Positions 50,545-62,360 of a stretch of 64,000 nt of DNA are shown here, piece by piece. Within the stretch, counting starts at the first letter, position 1; each line of letters begins with the position of its first letter. A model generated the notes under the pieces. It did not search any database, was not told where the DNA came from, and worked only from the letters and a program-made list of their open reading frames with translations. Made by a program: the position numbers and the translations under genes. This DNA is from a bacterium. Lineage in GTDB: Bacteria; Margulisbacteria; Marinamargulisbacteria; GCA-2716485; JAYNIM01. The stretch is from assembly GCA_038109055.1 (NCBI GenBank), contig JAYNIM010000007.1, positions 5,923-69,922 of the forward strand, read 5' to 3'.

Positions 50545-51091
50545 TCACGCTGGCATAGACGAGGCAGGAAGAGGAGCCATAGCAGGACCTGTTATTATAG
50601 CTGCCATAATGTTAACAAAAACATGTCGTCTTAATAGCATCAAAGATTCAAAACAACTAAGTAAAACAAATAGAGAACTCATATATCAACACCTAGTTGA
50701 AGAATGTCCAACACTCTCAATATCTGTGATAAATGAAAAAGAAATAGACAAACACAACATATTACAAGCAACACTAATAGGCATGAAAAAAGCAATCAAG
50801 ACACTCGAAAAAAAACCTGAATTATGCTTAATTGATGGAAACAAAGCACCAAAAATAAAGGGATATACTGTTCAAACAGTTATAAAGGGAGATCAACTAT
50901 ATCCCCAAATTGCAGCTGCCTCCATCATCGCAAAAGTAACAAGAGATAGAATAATGAATTGTACAAATAGATTATACTCAAACTATCATCTAGCTGCTCA
51001 CAAAGGATATGGCACAAAAAAACATTATCAAGAATTAAAAAATTACGGACCTTGCCGGATACATAGAAAAACCTTCACACTTAAAAAATGA
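50522..51091 (+). CDS. rnhB: Ribonuclease HII
   Basis: GIDEAGRG.IAGPV, DSKQL, IDGN, IAAASIIAKVTRD, HKGYGT; start uncertain (TTG). Confidence 0.95.
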   Translation: MQKNINLNHAGIDEAGRGAIAGPVIIAAIMLTKTCRLNSIKDSKQLSKTNRELIYQHLVEECPTLSISVINEKEIDKHNILQATLIGMKKAIKTLEKKPELCLIDGNKAPKIKGYTVQTVIKGDQLYPQIAAASIIAKVTRDRIMNCTNRLYSNYHLAAHKGYGTKKHYQELKNYGPCRIHRKTFTLKK

Positions 51092-51435
51092 GTCAAAAAA
51101 AAGGTAAAGAAGGGGAAGAAATAAGCGCGATCTATTTAAAAGATAACGGCTATAAAATCATAACAAAAAATTTTTATTCCTACTTTGGAGAAATTGACAT
51201 TATAGCTAAATTAAACCAAACTCTGATATTTTTTGAAGTCAAACACTATAAAAAAAACAGTTTAATTCACCCTTTATATTACATAAACAAAAAAAAACAA
51301 AAGAATATCATTCAAACAGCAAAATTTTATCTATTAAAAAATAATATACAAAACACATGCTGTCAGTTTGATGTCATTATTATCCAAGATAAAAAAGTCA
51401 CAGCTCATATTAAAGATAGCTTTCAAGTGTCATAA
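51088..51435 (+). CDS. yraN: YraN (UPF0102) family nuclease
   Basis: G..GE..A.YL...GY.I..KN....GEIDIIA...FFEVK, FDVI; follows rnhB. Confidence 0.93.
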   Translation: MSQKKGKEGEEISAIYLKDNGYKIITKNFYSYFGEIDIIAKLNQTLIFFEVKHYKKNSLIHPLYYINKKKQKNIIQTAKFYLLKNNIQNTCCQFDVIIIQDKKVTAHIKDSFQVS

Positions 51436-51550
51436 AAAATAGAAAAAACAAGCACAAAAAGAATCATACCAGTCATAATTTCAAAAAATGGATTAATCAG
51501 ATATAAGAAGCACAGCTATTAACGAAATATATACAAACATGTTTTCAATA

Positions 51551-51570
51551 AATTGCGCCTCTTCGCAATT
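51551..51570. terminator. Possible bidirectional terminator hairpin between convergent yraN and atpC
   Basis: AATTGCG-cctctt-CGCAATT in an AT-rich gap. Confidence 0.4.
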
Positions 51571-51678
51571 ATTACAATACGTTTAACTATATAATCTCTT
51601 AAAGAAGAATGATCACTCTAAAATAAAGCAGTCATCCCTCTTTTTAAAACCTAATGTAATATTGTGATAAGCAATATA

Positions 51679-54371
<2,693 letters not shown>

Positions 54372-54372
54372 A

Positions 54373-55881
54373 TTATTTCAAAAACAATTTTTGACTTTCC
54401 TCAATTGCTTGATCCAAGTTCTTTTTCACATCATCACTCAAAACCTTCTTTTGTTCAATCAAATCCAAGGTTTCAGCATACTGTGAACTCAACAACGAAA
54501 ATAATTCTTTTTCAAAGGCTTGAACTTTAGTCAATTCAATATCGTCCAAAGACCCGCCAATAGCTGCATAAACAATCGCGACCTGCAAAGAAATGCGTAA
54601 GGGTGAATACTGATCTTGTTTTAAAATTTCAATCAAACGCTTACCACGTTCCAACTGCTGTAAGGTGGCTTTATCCAAATCAGAACCAAACTGAGCAAAT
54701 GCCTCAATCTCCCAGTACTGAGATAGTTCCAAACGCAAACCACCCGCCACTTGTTTCGTTGCTTTAAGCTGAGCTGATCCCCCTACCCTCGAAACCGAAA
54801 TCCCAGGATTTACAGCTGGTTTAATACCGGCATTAAACAAATTTGCTTCTAAATATATTTGACCATCAGTAATAGAAATAACATTAGTAGGAATATAAGC
54901 GGAAACATCCCCTGCTTGAGTTTCAATAATAGGCAAAGCAGTTAAAGACCCTCCTCCCTTTTCAGATGAATATTTCAACGCACGTTCAAGTAATCTAGAA
55001 TGTAAATAGAAAACATCACCAGGATACGCTTCACGTCCAGGGGGGCGTTTCAATAACAGCGATAATTGCCGATACGCAACAGCATGTTTAGATAAATCAT
55101 CATATACAACCAAAACATGCTTCCCATTATCCATAAAATACTCCCCCATCGCACAACCTGAGTAAGGAGCCAAATACTGTAGGGTTGCTGACTCGGAAGC
55201 TGTAGCAGAAACAACAATCGTATAATCCAATGCTCCATGATCTTTTAAAATTTGTACAACCTTAGATACCGTTGATTTTTTCTGCCCAATAGCTACATAA
55301 ATACAAATAACATCCTCATTTTTCTGATTAATAATAGTATCCAAAGCAATAGCTGTTTTACCTGTTTTACGATCCCCTATAATCAATTCACGCTGGCCTC
55401 GACCTATGGGAATCATACTATCAATAGACTTAATACCCGTCTGCAAAGGCTCAGTAACAGGCTGTCTTTCACAAACACCAGCGGCAATTCTTTCAATAGG
55501 ATATCGATCTTTACTTTGAATAGACCCAGCACCATCCAATGGCTGGCCCAAAGGATCAACAACACGCCCCAAAAGCATATCTCCAACAGGAACATCCATA
55601 ATACGGCCTGTACATTCAACGTGATCGCCTTCCTTAACAGAATAACTATCTCCCAAAATTACAGCCCCAACTTCATGCTCTTCTAAGTTAAACACCAAGC
55701 CAAAAACGCCACTATCAAATTTCAACATTTCGCCAGATTTCGCTTTTTCTAACCCATAAATACGAGCAATACCATCCCCAACTTGCGTCACCTGGCCTGT
55801 TTCTTTAACCTTAGGACTAAGAGTAACTCCCTTAATTTGTCTTGCAAGTAATTTTGTAATTTCATCCGCTTTTACACTCAT
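54373..55881 (-). CDS. atpA: F1 alpha subunit
   Basis: [44 protein letters not shown]. Confidence 0.99.
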   Translation of the reverse strand: MSVKADEITKLLARQIKGVTLSPKVKETGQVTQVGDGIARIYGLEKAKSGEMLKFDSGVFGLVFNLEEHEVGAVILGDSYSVKEGDHVECTGRIMDVPVGDMLLGRVVDPLGQPLDGAGSIQSKDRYPIERIAAGVCERQPVTEPLQTGIKSIDSMIPIGRGQRELIIGDRKTGKTAIALDTIINQKNEDVICIYVAIGQKKSTVSKVVQILKDHGALDYTIVVSATASESATLQYLAPYSGCAMGEYFMDNGKHVLVVYDDLSKHAVAYRQLSLLLKRPPGREAYPGDVFYLHSRLLERALKYSSEKGGGSLTALPIIETQAGDVSAYIPTNVISITDGQIYLEANLFNAGIKPAVNPGISVSRVGGSAQLKATKQVAGGLRLELSQYWEIEAFAQFGSDLDKATLQQLERGKRLIEILKQDQYSPLRISLQVAIVYAAIGGSLDDIELTKVQAFEKELFSLLSSQYAETLDLIEQKKVLSDDVKKNLDQAIEESQKLFLK

Positions 55882-56438
55882 ACTGTTCCTCCTGTAATAA
55901 AAGTCAATTCTGATAAATTTGAATAAAAGTTATTTAAACTATTTAATAAAGTAGCGTCATAAACTTTATTATCCATAGTTAACCTAACCCCACCCAACAA
56001 AGATTTATTTTCCTTAACATTAAATTTAATTTTCTGCTTTATTTTAGACTCAAAGTCACGTTTCAACTCAGTAAGTGCCGCCGAAGACATCTTCAGAGGT
56101 GTCTCTAGCAATACAAGCTTTTCTTTTTCATAACGAGCCTTATACTCTCTAACAACAAGCAACAACTGATCAAAAAGATAGAAACGATCTTGATTTAAAA
56201 ATAAAACAAAAAAACGGTGCAAATCAGGCGCTTTCAACGTTTTAAAAATTGCCAAAAACTGTGACTTTTTATCTACAAAACTCACACACTGACGACATAA
56301 TACTTCAGAAAAACATGGGCTTTGTATAGTTCCCAACAAAACTTGTTCTAACAAAGCAAAAGAAGCCCCTCTCTTATTATTGGGAAGAGCCTCATCTAAC
56401 GCATCTAAATATACAAAGAACAAATGATGATTTTTCAT
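55878..56438 (-). CDS. atpH: F1 delta subunit
   Basis: C-terminal SLLGGVRL...VYDATL; between atpF and atpA. Confidence 0.9.
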   Translation of the reverse strand: MKNHHLFFVYLDALDEALPNNKRGASFALLEQVLLGTIQSPCFSEVLCRQCVSFVDKKSQFLAIFKTLKAPDLHRFFVLFLNQDRFYLFDQLLLVVREYKARYEKEKLVLLETPLKMSSAALTELKRDFESKIKQKIKFNVKENKSLLGGVRLTMDNKVYDATLLNSLNNFYSNLSELTFITGGTV

Positions 56439-56917
56439 TAATTAAACTGTTCAACACCTTCAGACATAATAATTCTCTGATCACGTTCATTAACATGTCT
56501 TTTTAATAATTGTGAAGACAACGCCAACGCAGAACGACCAGCTTCATCCAAAAGATCTTTTTTAGCACGAATAACTTGTAAATCAATTTCTTTTTTAGCA
56601 TTCGTTATTAATCGGTCGGCATCTTCTTTTGCTCTCTTAATAAGACGTGCTTCATCCACAGACGCTGCTTCTTCTGCACGGCGACGAATATCTTTAGCTT
56701 CGATACGAGCCGTATGTAAAACCTTTTCTTGCTGTTCCAACAACAATCCAGCTTCTTTTTTCTTAGCTTCAGTAGAGTCCAAAAGAGTTCGTATACGATC
56801 AGAACGCTCTTGCAAAACACGAGATACAGGCTTCGCTAACAATTTATTAACAAAGAAAAGCAAGACGCCAAAATTAAACATCTGCATTAAAATCTCATAA
56901 ATATTAATAGAAATCAT
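56438..56917 (-). CDS. atpF: Fo b subunit
   Basis: N-terminal TM (Q..NF..L), KPV..L.ER...I, coiled coil. Confidence 0.95.
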   Translation of the reverse strand: MISINIYEILMQMFNFGVLLFFVNKLLAKPVSRVLQERSDRIRTLLDSTEAKKKEAGLLLEQQEKVLHTARIEAKDIRRRAEEAASVDEARLIKRAKEDADRLITNAKKEIDLQVIRAKKDLLDEAGRSALALSSQLLKRHVNERDQRIIMSEGVEQFN

Positions 56918-56934
56918 AAAAAAATCCTTTGTAT

Positions 56935-57258
<324 letters not shown>

Positions 57259-57269
57259 TTTTCAACACA

Positions 57270-57971
57270 TTATGCAACAAAAATTAAAATTAAGCTAACA
57301 ACCATTGCATAAATATCTGTTGTCTCTGTAATTGCCTGCCCAATAATCATTGTTCTAGTTAATAATCCCATATAATGAGGATTACGACCAACAGAATGAC
57401 TAGCATTCATAGCAACCAACCCATCCCCTATTCCAGGGCCAATCGCACCAAACCCCATCGCAACACCCGCCCCAAACAAAGCCATCATTTTAGGCAAACC
57501 CCCTTCAGCTTGACTAAAAATTAAAAGCAAGGAAACCGTTAAAGCAAAAACGGTTGAAGTTTGCGTTACGGCTTGTCCAATAATCATGTGAACAGTCAAA
57601 ACATCACTATTTCTTGGTTGTCTACCTATCCCTTCCATCGCTGCAGCACCAGGTAACCCAGCACCAACACCGGATCCTATAGTACCAAATCCAATAGCAA
57701 TACCGGCAGCCAACAATGCAACAGCCTTAATTAAAAGCACTACGGGTGCTTGAAAAATCAATAACAACGCAACCACCAAAGAAAAAATTGCAGCAGACTC
57801 CGTAACCGCCTGAGCAATGATCATAATACGAACTAACTTTGAAGCCGCAGCAGGTTGGCGTCCCAAAGATTCAACTGCCTTCATAGCAATCATCCCTTCT
57901 CCAATAGCAGATCCTATCGCCCCCATACCCATTGCCAATCCAGAAGCAAGTAAAGGAAACATCTGAAACAT
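57270..57971 (-). CDS. atpE: Fused triple-hairpin Fo c subunit (about 6 TM)
   Basis: Three tandem c repeats with RQP, RQP and RNP loops; key positions AVTESA, AVTQTS, AITETT; GGGAGG RBS. Confidence 0.95.
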   Translation of the reverse strand: MFQMFPLLASGLAMGMGAIGSAIGEGMIAMKAVESLGRQPAAASKLVRIMIIAQAVTESAAIFSLVVALLLIFQAPVVLLIKAVALLAAGIAIGFGTIGSGVGAGLPGAAAMEGIGRQPRNSDVLTVHMIIGQAVTQTSTVFALTVSLLLIFSQAEGGLPKMMALFGAGVAMGFGAIGPGIGDGLVAMNASHSVGRNPHYMGLLTRTMIIGQAITETTDIYAMVVSLILIFVA

Positions 57972-58037
57972 TAAGAGTATACCTCCCTTACAAAACTAGT
58001 TATAAAAATAATCAACGTATTCATATGCATGCCCTTA

Positions 58038-58415
58038 TTATTTATCAATATGTATTTTTTTTAAAGACCTAATTAACATAAAGATAATATAACACCCTTG
58101 ATTAGCAAATAACATAAGTAAAAGAACAGGAAAATTGAATAACGAATAATAATAAAAACCCAACGAACAAGGAACAATATAATAAAATAATCTCAACAAA
58201 AAGTACTTAAAGTATAAAGATCGATTACTCTGCCTTAATACAACCACTTGAGCCTGCATTAATTGGCTTAATATCAACGCAGAAAAAACAAAACCTAAAA
58301 TCAAGGACAAAACAATGGGCCATTGACGAAAAATAGAAAATACGATGACAGAAAAAAAAGTTAAGGTTCCCATAACCTGCAAAACACGGTGTTTTAAAAA
58401 ATCTATATTTTTCAT
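58038..58415 (-). CDS. atpI: ATP synthase protein I (AtpI/UncI-like)
   Basis: 125-aa hydrophobic protein with about 4 TM and an LLR motif, directly upstream of the Fo genes. Confidence 0.7.
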   Translation of the reverse strand: MKNIDFLKHRVLQVMGTLTFFSVIVFSIFRQWPIVLSLILGFVFSALILSQLMQAQVVVLRQSNRSLYFKYFLLRLFYYIVPCSLGFYYYSLFNFPVLLLMLFANQGCYIIFMLIRSLKKIHIDK

Positions 58416-58419
58416 TGCT

Positions 58420-58650
58420 TTATTTAATTTTTTTTATTTCACTATACATAAGATAAAAACCAACGCCAAGACCTAAAATCAATGAACCGCCTACAAACAA
58501 AACAACCCGACCACTTACACGCCCAAAATATAATCCAGTCATAAAAAAAAACATTAAAGAAAAAAACATATAAAATAATGCTCTATACAAACAACGAAAA
58601 TAGGGTTTAAATTCTGAAGGAATCTTAGATAACTTATTTTTTTTCATCAT
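58420..58650 (-). CDS. AtpZ/AtpI-family small membrane protein (2 TM)
   Basis: G.YF....G......GG.LILGLGVGFY..Y; AAGGAG RBS; first gene of the atp cluster. Confidence 0.65.
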   Translation of the reverse strand: MMKKNKLSKIPSEFKPYFRCLYRALFYMFFSLMFFFMTGLYFGRVSGRVVLFVGGSLILGLGVGFYLMYSEIKKIK

Positions 58651-59377
58651 CAAGCTCCTTAACTGCCACAACACCCCAAAAATTAAGATACTGAAAAAAA
58701 GAATGATATGACACAAAACCAGCCTTAGATAATAGAGTTTCATTTTCACTAACAGACAAGGGCAATAAAACATCTTTTAAGGCGACTTCCTTCCGATTAA
58801 TCTCACGAATTGAATACCCTTTTTTTTCCTTGTAAGCATAATGAAAGTCAGTAAAGTTTCTCTGAAGAACCTCAGGGATAATTGATACTTTTTCAACCAG
58901 AAGAAGGGCTCCCCCAGGGACAAGCGAGCGATAAATATGTTGCAACAAACGTTGTCGACAATCATAACCTAAAAACTGCAATGTTAAGTTTAAAACAACC
59001 ACAGATGCTGGCTTAAAATCAACATAATGATTAAGATCATGAGGCATAAACGCCACCTGAGATAAATAAGGCTTCAATTTTTTTTTAGCAATCGTCAACA
59101 TATCCTCCGACGAATCAATCCCAATAAACCGCAATAAAGGTGACACTTGCTGTTGAAAACAAGCTAAGAAGGTCGTCCCCGTCGAACATCCTAAATCATA
59201 GACAACCCCCGATGACCTTGCGTAAGTCAAAATAAACTGCACAAGAATCTGCTGCAATTCTTCATAACAAGGAATACTACGACAGAGCATATCATCAAAA
59301 ACAGAAGCAACTTTTGCATCAAAAGCAAAGGAAGAAACATCAGGATCAACAGAAAAAAATAACCGATCTATGTTCAT
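58634..59377 (-). CDS. cmoA: Carboxy-S-adenosyl-L-methionine synthase
   Basis: FAFDAKVASVFDDML.RSIP.Y, YDLGCSTG, NLTLQF, GYS..EI..K..AL..VL, FQYLNF. Confidence 0.93.
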   Translation of the reverse strand: MNIDRLFFSVDPDVSSFAFDAKVASVFDDMLCRSIPCYEELQQILVQFILTYARSSGVVYDLGCSTGTTFLACFQQQVSPLLRFIGIDSSEDMLTIAKKKLKPYLSQVAFMPHDLNHYVDFKPASVVVLNLTLQFLGYDCRQRLLQHIYRSLVPGGALLLVEKVSIIPEVLQRNFTDFHYAYKEKKGYSIREINRKEVALKDVLLPLSVSENETLLSKAGFVSYHSFFQYLNFWGVVAVKELDDEKK

Positions 59378-59384
59378 AAAAAGT

Positions 59385-60224
59385 TTAAACAGACAGTTTA
59401 GAAGAATCCTGGCTGTAATACAGAGAAAAAAAATAAATCAATGCAAATCCAAAACAAAAAAAAGCCCCTCCAAGAAACACTTCATAAATAGAAAAAAAAC
59501 CCTGCGGCCATAAACCAACCACTGAGGCTAACAACAAGGCGACAATGGCATAATAACTATGTAAAGGATACCTTTGCAAACAATACTTAATCAAAAAACT
59601 ACAGGTAAAAATAGAAATAAATGCTCCAAATCCTACACAAAGCAACGATAAAAAATGAAAGTCAACAATACTATTCAATATATACGCATAACTCCCCATT
59701 AAAAGAAGTATAAACGAACCACTCAATCCAGGTAAAAGCATCGCAAATGCAGCCACAAAGCCCGAAAAAAACAACCACACTGCAATAGAAATAGAAAACC
59801 CATTAGCAGACTCTAAATCAAGGGGTACTTTGGGCAAGAAAGCCAAAAACGATACCCCTATAAAAAATAAAAAGGCAATAGCAAAATAAGAAAATCTAGG
59901 CAAATACAAACATAGTTTTTCACGAACAATAATAGGGACACTTCCCAAAACTAAACCCATAAAAAATAATGACGAGTATAGCGGAAAACACTCAATAAAT
60001 AAAAGTAAAGCCTTCGCAAATAATAAAATACCTAAAAAAGCACCTAAAGAGAGCTTAAACAAAAATAAAAAGGAATGTTTGGAAGAAAATGGGGCTTTAA
60101 AAAAAGCATTTAAAGACAAAATTAATTCATCATAAATCCCCATAACTACCGCAAGAGTAGAACTACTCAAACCCGGAACGATCTGAGCCAAGCCTACAAA
60201 AACGCCTTTAATAATTAGTCCCAT
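59385..60224 (-). CDS. DUF368 family membrane protein (putative undecaprenyl-phosphate translocase)
   Basis: KG...G.A.IVPGLS..T.A...GIYD and AM.LPGLSGSF.LLL.G.Y repeats. Confidence 0.9.
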   Translation of the reverse strand: MGLIIKGVFVGLAQIVPGLSSSTLAVVMGIYDELILSLNAFFKAPFSSKHSFLFLFKLSLGAFLGILLFAKALLLFIECFPLYSSLFFMGLVLGSVPIIVREKLCLYLPRFSYFAIAFLFFIGVSFLAFLPKVPLDLESANGFSISIAVWLFFSGFVAAFAMLLPGLSGSFILLLMGSYAYILNSIVDFHFLSLLCVGFGAFISIFTCSFLIKYCLQRYPLHSYYAIVALLLASVVGLWPQGFFSIYEVFLGGAFFCFGFALIYFFSLYYSQDSSKLSV

Positions 60225-60228
60225 AACA

Positions 60229-61332
60229 TTACGATTGAACTAAAAACTCAACAACATCGCCTTCCTGCATAACATAGTCTTTACCTTCCTGCCGTAAAAG
60301 CCCCTTCTCTTTAGCTTCTTTAAAAGATCCTACCTTCATCAACTGATCATAAGAAATTACATTAGCCCGTATAAAACCTCGCTCAAAGTCTGTATGAATC
60401 ACAGACGCTGCCACAGGTGCTTTACACCCCTTGGGTATCACCCAAGAACGAGTTTCTTTAATTCCAGCTGTTAAAAAACACTGTAAATTTAATAAATCAA
60501 AACCAAGCGCCACCAATTGATCTAAACCTGAAGAAACGACCCCCAAAGAAGCCAAGTAATCTTTTTTTTCCACTTCCGTTAACACTGCCAATTCTAGCTC
60601 CAACGAGACGCAAATCTCAAGCAAATCCACGCCATAATCATTCGCAATAGAAAGGAGGTCAGAAACCCACTTATTCTTACCACCTAAGTCTGACTCTAAC
60701 ACATTCGCCAACAAACAAAATGGTTTCAGAGTCAAAAAAGCATAAGGCTTTAATAACTGTAGCTCCCCTTCAGAAAAACTCAACAGAGACAATAACTTAG
60801 AACCTGACAAATGTGATTGAACACGTAACAAAAGTGCCTCTAAAGAACGAAACTGGGCATCACCTGTCTTTGCTTGCTTTTTAACTTTCTCTAATGCCTT
60901 TTCACAGACCTGTAAATCAGCCAAAATCAACTCTGTTATAACCACATCCAAATCTTCGATAGGGTTAACTTTGCCGTCAACATGCACGACATCTGGATCA
61001 TCAAAACATCGCAGTACATGACAAATAACCCCTGTTTCACGAATATTAGATAAAAACTGATTCCCTAACCCCTCTCCTTTTGACGCACCTTTAACCAATC
61101 CCGCAATATCAACAAAATCTACCGTAGAATATATTGTTTTTTCAGACGACATCAATGTTGCTAACTTATCTACTCGAGTATCACTAAGAGCAACAGTGCC
61201 AACATGTGGCTCAATCGTACAAAAAGGATAATTTTCAGCAGCTACAGTCTGTTTAGATATGGCATTAAATAACGAAGATTTACCCACATTAGGCAACCCA
61301 ACAAAGCCAATAGAAAGAGATGCTCTAGTCAT
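60229..61332 (-). CDS. ychF: Ribosome-binding ATPase YchF
   Basis: VGLPNVGKS, NYPFCTIEP, DIAGLVKGASKGEGLGNQFL, IHTDFERGFIRA, EGKDYV. Confidence 0.98.
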   Translation of the reverse strand: MTRASLSIGFVGLPNVGKSSLFNAISKQTVAAENYPFCTIEPHVGTVALSDTRVDKLATLMSSEKTIYSTVDFVDIAGLVKGASKGEGLGNQFLSNIRETGVICHVLRCFDDPDVVHVDGKVNPIEDLDVVITELILADLQVCEKALEKVKKQAKTGDAQFRSLEALLLRVQSHLSGSKLLSLLSFSEGELQLLKPYAFLTLKPFCLLANVLESDLGGKNKWVSDLLSIANDYGVDLLEICVSLELELAVLTEVEKKDYLASLGVVSSGLDQLVALGFDLLNLQCFLTAGIKETRSWVIPKGCKAPVAASVIHTDFERGFIRANVISYDQLMKVGSFKEAKEKGLLRQEGKDYVMQEGDVVEFLVQS

Positions 61333-61783
61333 TTTCTACTTCTGCATCAATAGCAGAATCATCATCAAAGCCATCTAGGTCACTTTTCAAACTCCGCTGA
61401 GCAATAATAGACGGATCTTTCAAATACTCTGGATAATAATGAACCAGCGAATCCATACTAGTCAAAATTTCTCCCAAATGAGAAATATACCCATATCTAC
61501 GCCATATACGATCAAAAAAACGGGTAATAATAATCTGCTTAGACCCCTCAACCAAATCCAACATTTGGGAAAACTTACTCAAACGATTATATAGAATCTC
61601 TTCATTTAAATTACGTTGCTTATATTGAACAGGTTCATAAATCTTTTTAAAAAACTCATACACACCATCCCCAATAAATAAAATATCATGATCATTAACC
61701 CTCAATGAAGACGGTTCAAACACAATAAAGCAATTAAAACGATCCTGATCTTCAATATCTTTTGGTAATACATCCATAGTCAA
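61325..61783 (-). CDS. Hypothetical protein
   Basis: 152-aa ORF with GAGG RBS, overlapping the ychF start. Confidence 0.75.
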   Translation of the reverse strand: MTMDVLPKDIEDQDRFNCFIVFEPSSLRVNDHDILFIGDGVYEFFKKIYEPVQYKQRNLNEEILYNRLSKFSQMLDLVEGSKQIIITRFFDRIWRRYGYISHLGEILTSMDSLVHYYPEYLKDPSIIAQRSLKSDLDGFDDDSAIDAEVEND

Positions 61784-61829
61784 TAGTCACCTCAATTTTG
61801 CCCAAATAATACCATAAGAAACAAAAATG

Positions 61830-62360
61830 CTAAAGCTGTTGTTGATTCAATATCAAAACAGATGAAATACGCTTTTTCAATCCAGAGGAACGCACACGCA
61901 AAAAAGAAGCCTTAATCGCAACATAATACCCACAATCAGCATAGATAAAATCTGATGACATAAACAAACTATAGGGATACTGTTGGCAAATCAAGGGACG
62001 ATTATCGTAATTAGAACAAAAATTAGATGCCGTCAAACATTTACAACGAAACAACAACGCGCCAGCTGCTTTCTTAAAAGGAACAAAACAGCGATATGAA
62101 CGATCCTTTTGACATTTTTTATTAAATTCAGATAACGTTTTTATGGGTTTACTATGACTATATAAATGAAGTGATGAACAACATAAACCAGAATGCTTAC
62201 ATCCACCAGCGATATAAAAATAAGTGACTTTAAAACAATCCCATAAAAAACCCTCTAGTCGCTTACTACGAATAACAGATAACTGAACAACATATGCATA
62301 ATAAAAAAAATACACCCAAAAAAAAGAGACCTTTTTAGTTTTAAGAAACTCTAAAAGCAT
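61830..62360 (-). CDS. YkgJ-family cysteine-cluster protein
   Basis: C..SG.CC, C..L....C..Y..RP.IC..YP, CGY. Confidence 0.8.
   Translation of the reverse strand: MLLEFLKTKKVSFFWVYFFYYAYVVQLSVIRSKRLEGFLWDCFKVTYFYIAGGCKHSGLCCSSLHLYSHSKPIKTLSEFNKKCQKDRSYRCFVPFKKAAGALLFRCKCLTASNFCSNYDNRPLICQQYPYSLFMSSDFIYADCGYYVAIKASFLRVRSSGLKKRISSVLILNQQQL

Noticed and set aside
59385..60224. The missing atpB
   Set aside because: Has duplicated PGxSG-type DUF368 motifs and no subunit-a RLFGN-type helix.
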